48,367 bases of DNA from Bacteroidaceae bacterium. Its GTDB lineage: Bacteria > Actinomycetota > Coriobacteriia > Coriobacteriales > Atopobiaceae. Shown here piece by piece: positions 44,516 to 48,367 of this stretch (positions are counted from its first letter, which is position 1; the number at the start of each line of letters is the position of its first letter). The position numbers were made by a program, and so were the translations under genes. The DNA lies in NCBI GenBank assembly GCA_963658035.1, contig CAVKOL010000002.1, forward strand, positions 1 to 48,367, read 5' to 3'. The notes beneath the pieces are model-generated. The model worked only from the letters and a program-made list of their open reading frames with translations, searched no databases and was not told the DNA's origin.

Positions 44516-45061
44516 CTAGTTTGCGCTGGTAGACGAGGTGGACGAGGTTCCGGTGGGGCTGGAGCCAGACCACAGGTTGGTCTGGGCCTCGGCCTGGGCG
44601 GTGGACATCTTCCACTGCGTGATGTCGCAGGCCAGGGCATCGGTGACGGTCACAACGGCGTCGAGCGTGCGGCCGTTGGCGGCCACGACGGTGAACTCGA
44701 CGTTGTTGCCGTCAACCGAGAAGGACACATCAAGGCCAGCGTCGGTGGCTTCGACCTGGGTAAGCGCGTCGGTCTGAATCTTGGTCGCGTTGGCCTTGAC
44801 GTAGGCCACGGCCTGGGCCGCGGTGCCGCCCTGGGCCGCGGTCTTTGCGACCTGCGCATCTACCTGGGACAGAATAGCCTGCCCCACGCCGTCGATCTGG
44901 TAGGTCTCGCTCACCGAGACGCCCTGCTTTTGGGTGGTGGCCCACGTCGCGCGGGCGGTCACCACGCACAGGACGGCCAGGACGCTCATCAAAAGGATTG
45001 CCAGCAACGTGATGAAGCTCACGATACCAATACGCACGTTACCTGCGGTTTTCTTGGCCAT
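44516..45061 (-). CDS. Pilin-like protein (short basic leader plus N-terminal hydrophobic helix, PilX/GspK-like position)
   Basis: 'MAKKTAGNVRIG-IVSFITLLAILLMSVLAVL'; no Glu5; located in the pilus operon. Confidence 0.7.
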   Translation of the reverse strand: MAKKTAGNVRIGIVSFITLLAILLMSVLAVLCVVTARATWATTQKQGVSVSETYQIDGVGQAILSQVDAQVAKTAAQGGTAAQAVAYVKANATKIQTDALTQVEATDAGLDVSFSVDGNNVEFTVVAANGRTLDAVVTVTDALACDITQWKMSTAQAEAQTNLWSGSSPTGTSSTSSTSAN

Positions 45062-45062
45062 G

Positions 45063-45560
45063 TTACTTCACCCCGCTTACGTAACGAGAGGCATCCAGCG
45101 AGAAGAGCGGGTCGGCGGCTGCGGCCGTGCCGGCGGCGTCCCCGGCCTCGACCACCGTGATGTGCGCGCGGTACAAGGTCCCGGCGTCGGTGGCCTGGGT
45201 CTCGACCTCGCAGGTCACGGCCAGCGACTCGGTGTTCTTCTCGCCAGCGGCAAAGCCCTGGCCAACAGGGGTGCCAGCGGCCACGGCGGCCGGGCTGTTA
45301 GAGAACTCCTCGGCCGCGGACTGGGCCATCTGGATGGCGGCCGTCAAGTCCTCGGACTCGGTGGCCAGGGTGCCCGCCTTTGCATACAGCGAGGTAAACA
45401 CGGCCATCGAGACCACGATCGCAAACAGCAAGATCAAGGACTCGACCACAAAGGCCAGGCCCGTCCAGGCGTGGCCCTCGTCACCGCGGCGGGCAGCAAC
45501 CCCGCCGGCGCCCTCAAGCTCTTGGGGCCCAAACGAGCCTAGGTTCTTCTCGCCAGCCAT
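45063..45560 (-). CDS. Pilin-like protein
   Basis: 'TGLAFVVESLILLFAIVVSMAVF' hydrophobic helix with a Glu, then an amphipathic helix 'AAIQMAQSAAEEF'; TAATG coupling to the upstream gene. Confidence 0.75.
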   Translation of the reverse strand: MAGEKNLGSFGPQELEGAGGVAARRGDEGHAWTGLAFVVESLILLFAIVVSMAVFTSLYAKAGTLATESEDLTAAIQMAQSAAEEFSNSPAAVAAGTPVGQGFAAGEKNTESLAVTCEVETQATDAGTLYRAHITVVEAGDAAGTAAAADPLFSLDASRYVSGVK

Positions 45561-46105
45561 TACAGGTCACCCCCCTGAAGGTTGCGCAGCGCGACCTCGC
45601 AGGTGCCCTGATCTGTGGTGATGCTAAACAGCCCGTGGGAGACGCCAAAGCTAAACGTGCTGGACTCGGCCAGCTCGGTTGCCGCCGAGGGCGTGTAGGC
45701 CGCGCCCTGAATGGCGTACTCCTGCAGGATTTTGCCCTGGTAGAGGTAGGTGCGAATCTCGTAGGTGCCACTATCGAGGTGCTGAACGACCACCAGCGAG
45801 CGGCCCTCGGGGCCCTCGCCCACGGCCACGCTGCCCGTGGCGTCGTTGGCGCGCACCGAGTTGATGATCAGCTCCATGCCCTCGCGCGACTGGTTGTTGG
45901 CCCGCTGAGCTGCGGCAACGCGGCTGTACACGTTGACGCCGGTGACCAGGGCAACCAGCAGCAGCACAAACAGCACGGCCAAAAACAGCGGCGAGAAGAG
46001 CCTGGCGGCCCGCCCGGTCTTCTCCTCACGCAGAGAAATGCGCGCGACGCTGGTTAGGGCCTCGGCGCGGTCGATCTTGTTGGTGTTTTGGCTGGTCATG
46101 CTCAT
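45560..46105 (-). CDS. DUF4860-like pilin-like protein
   Basis: TM ending 'TGVNVY', 'NSVRANDATGSV', 'YEIRTYLYQGKILQEY' match the DUF4860 pattern as recalled; ATGA overlap with the upstream gene. Confidence 0.75.
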   Translation of the reverse strand: MSMTSQNTNKIDRAEALTSVARISLREEKTGRAARLFSPLFLAVLFVLLLVALVTGVNVYSRVAAAQRANNQSREGMELIINSVRANDATGSVAVGEGPEGRSLVVVQHLDSGTYEIRTYLYQGKILQEYAIQGAAYTPSAATELAESSTFSFGVSHGLFSITTDQGTCEVALRNLQGGDL

Positions 46106-46428
46106 CGCGGCGCCACCACCACACTGGGGACGATGTTGTCGGCAAACCACTCGTAGGTGATGATGTAGTCGTTGTGGTTGATGGTCAAGCCGTAGCTTTC
46201 CTCGAGGTGGCTCAGCGAGCTGGGGTACGCGCCCTCGATCGAGGCGCACTGCTTGGCCGCCGAGAGGATCGACTCACGCAGCGCCGCCGCGCCCTGGACG
46301 CGAGCGTTGTGGCGAGCAACCCCCGCCACGGCCGCGACGGCCACGCACACGACCAGCACCACGGCCACGATGACCCAACGCCGCTTCTTGCGTTTGCCCT
46401 CTTCTTTATAGGTGAGCTCGTGAAACAT
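46102..46428 (-). CDS. Small pilin-like membrane-anchored protein
   Basis: Basic leader KRKKRR, one TM, then 'AAKQCASIEGAYPSSLSHLEESYG', reminiscent of the pseudopilin 'GxYP..L..L' motif. Confidence 0.75.
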   Translation of the reverse strand: MFHELTYKEEGKRKKRRWVIVAVVLVVCVAVAAVAGVARHNARVQGAAALRESILSAAKQCASIEGAYPSSLSHLEESYGLTINHNDYIITYEWFADNIVPSVVVAPR

Positions 46429-46453
46429 CGATATTGGCCTGCCCTTCTCGCCG

Positions 46454-47506
46454 CTAGCCGATGGAGCTCATGATGCCAACCAGGGGCATCATCACGGCGA
46501 TCAGCGTGGCGCTCACGGCCAGCGTGAGGAAGACGGCCAGCGCGGGCTCGACGGTGTCGATAACCGCGTCGATCTGCATCGTGGCGTCGTCGAAGAAGAC
46601 GTCGGACAGGCGGCCCAGGACCTCGTCGGTCGAGCCGGAGCGGGTGCCCACGACCAGCATGCGGGCGTAGACGGGCTCAAACAGGTCGTTCTCTGAGATG
46701 GCCTGGCCCAGGCTGCGGGGGTTGTCGATATTGGTCATCGACGCGTGCGCGGCCTCGATCTTTTGGCGCAGCTCGGCGTGGTCGACGGTCTTCTCGGCTT
46801 CCTCCATGGCCTGAGCATCGTGGACGCCCGAGGCAATGTAGGCGGCAAGCGCGCTGGTGAAGCGCGAGAGGGCCAGCTGGTACATGGCGGCCTTGGTGGC
46901 CGGGTAGCCCTCGAGGAACTTTACAAGTTTGATGCGGCCGGTCTCGGACTTGGCCTGGACGGCCATGACCAGGACGGCCACCGTGGCGATCAAGACAACG
47001 GCCAGCGCGATCCAGCCGATGACCATCGACGCACCCACCGAGCCAAACGAACCCGAGGTCAAAGACCCCGCGATGTCTTTATAGACATCGGAGAAGATCG
47101 GCAGGATGACCGCAACGGTAAAGGCCAGGATGACGCTCATGACGCACAGGAGCGCGGCCGGGTAGCCCACGGCGCTTTGCAGCTTGGCAAACAGGCGGCT
47201 CTCGCTGCCGTAGTAACGGTCGAGGCTGCGAAGGACGCGGTCGGTGCGGCCCGAGGCCTCGCCCACGCGAACCATGCTCACGGCGTAAGGCGGGAAGGCC
47301 TCGGTCGATTCCATGGCCTCGGCCAGGCCCACGCCCTCGACCAGCTTGGAGTAGGTCTTGTCGCAAACGTCCTTGAAGTAGGACTGCTCGCGGTTCTCGG
47401 ACAGCATGTGAACGGCCTCGTCGATCTGGACGCCGGCCGAAAGCATGGTTGCGACGCTTCCACAAAAGGCGCTGATCGCGCTGCTTTCAAGTAGCTTATC
47501 TGCCAT
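46454..47506 (-). CDS. Type II secretion system F / PilC-family platform protein
   Basis: Two T2SSF repeats ('ATMLSAGV', 'MVRVGEASG', 'SAVGYP', 'MLVVGTRSG', 'TVEP', 'AVMMPL') with 3 TM helices. Confidence 0.92.
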   Translation of the reverse strand: MADKLLESSAISAFCGSVATMLSAGVQIDEAVHMLSENREQSYFKDVCDKTYSKLVEGVGLAEAMESTEAFPPYAVSMVRVGEASGRTDRVLRSLDRYYGSESRLFAKLQSAVGYPAALLCVMSVILAFTVAVILPIFSDVYKDIAGSLTSGSFGSVGASMVIGWIALAVVLIATVAVLVMAVQAKSETGRIKLVKFLEGYPATKAAMYQLALSRFTSALAAYIASGVHDAQAMEEAEKTVDHAELRQKIEAAHASMTNIDNPRSLGQAISENDLFEPVYARMLVVGTRSGSTDEVLGRLSDVFFDDATMQIDAVIDTVEPALAVFLTLAVSATLIAVMMPLVGIMSSIG

Positions 47507-47605
47507 AAGTGCTCCAGGTTCTAAGTAGCCAGCTTCACAGTTGATAGAGACTTTACCACGGTTTACCTTGGCGAGAGGTACCCCCTGGGTAATTTGGCGA
47601 ACGTT

Positions 47606-48367
47606 TTAATACAGATGTCGGGCTGTATAGGTCTTGCCGTCGCCCACGTTGGCGCCTCCCCCGCTTGCCGCAAAGGTCAGGTCGACGCGTGACCAGGTGT
47701 TTTGCTGGACGTCGAAGGACGCCGAGGTCCAGGTGCCGTCGATGTAGACCATCAGCCAGGCGTGCGAGATGTTGTCGGGCGAGACGTCACCGGTCACGAT
47801 CTGCGCGGCGATTCCCTGGCTGCGCAGCATCGCGGCACCCAGGCTGGCGTAGTCAAAGCAGATGCCCGAGCCGTCGGCCAGGGTTTGATCGGGGTCGGGG
47901 ACGTAGCCCGACGAGTCCTTGAGCTGGGCGGCCTTCTCGTCATCATAAGTAATGTTGTCGCAGATCCAGTTGCAGATCGCGGCGAGGGCGTCGCCTTGGG
48001 TCTGGGCATTGGCAACAAGCTCGCGGGCCTTGGTCACGCAGGAGCTGCCCTCGGCGTAGTTGCAGATGATGTTGGGGCGCAGGTAGGGGGCAAACTCGCT
48101 TTCTAGCTGGGCGTCTGCTGTGGCGCGGGCGAGCTCGACGTAGCTTGAGCCGGTGGTGTTTTGCATGACGCGCACCAGGTAGGAGCCGCTGCCCAGGGTG
48201 AGGGGGACCGCGGCCGGCGTGCCGTCGGCGGGCATATCCAGGTTGTAGCTTGCCTCGCCCAGGCTCACCTGGATCTTGAGGCGACTGGAGCTGGTGGCCG
48301 CCGCCGAGACATAGCCTTGCGCGGCGTGGCTGACGTCGATCAAGGCTCCGTTGTCCCCCGTAGCTGC
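47606..48367 (-). CDS. Transglutaminase-like domain protein (5' end outside the window)
   Basis: Cys-His-Asp triad motifs 'GICFDYA', 'HAWL', 'VDLT'; frame open to the window edge. Confidence 0.88.
   Translation of the reverse strand, partial: AATGDNGALIDVSHAAQGYVSAAATSSSRLKIQVSLGEASYNLDMPADGTPAAVPLTLGSGSYLVRVMQNTTGSSYVELARATADAQLESEFAPYLRPNIICNYAEGSSCVTKARELVANAQTQGDALAAICNWICDNITYDDEKAAQLKDSSGYVPDPDQTLADGSGICFDYASLGAAMLRSQGIAAQIVTGDVSPDNISHAWLMVYIDGTWTSASFDVQQNTWSRVDLTFAASGGGANVGDGKTYTARHLY

Noticed and set aside
1963..46452. Chi or KOPS role for GGCGAGAAG
   Set aside because: Those motifs are strand-polarised within a replichore; here orientations are 15:15 and interleaved
1..48367. tRNA, rRNA, integrase, transposase or prophage genes
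   Set aside because: None recognised in the sequence or the ORF track

Overview
A high-GC chromosomal window. Gene content and style suggest a gut or rumen Coriobacteriia (Atopobiaceae-like); that placement is an inference. In order along the window it holds: a small hypothetical gene and a GNAT acetyltransferase; a RelE/ParE-Phd/YefM toxin-antitoxin pair; an ABC importer (aromatic amino acid type); a small CxxC-CxxC ORF; gldA; rmuC; a doubly membrane-anchored, domain-permuted GH3 beta-glucosidase divergent from a LytTR/GHKL two-component pair; a sortase-anchored beta-helix surface protein; an AmtB-PII fusion; nhaA; a DedA protein; SRP RNA (ffs); an MgtE-like/NRAMP-related Mg2+ transporter operon with a candidate Pro-containing leader peptide; a 5,288-aa repeat adhesin with a non-LPXTG C-terminal anchor and a coupled membrane protein; a Fic gene with palindromic operators; and a compact type IV pilus-like operon (transglutaminase, PilC/GspF, four pilin-like proteins including DUF4860, PilT). 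Two signals stand out. First, the 9-mer GGCGAGAAG occurs 30 times by manual count, 15 per strand, in several reading frames, enriched between genes and sometimes as inverted pairs, which resembles a DNA-uptake sequence. Second, the pilus-like operon has only PilT as a motor within the window and its pilins are non-canonical. Long palindromes also sit at most convergent gene junctions. All calls come from reading the sequence by eye; no searches were run.
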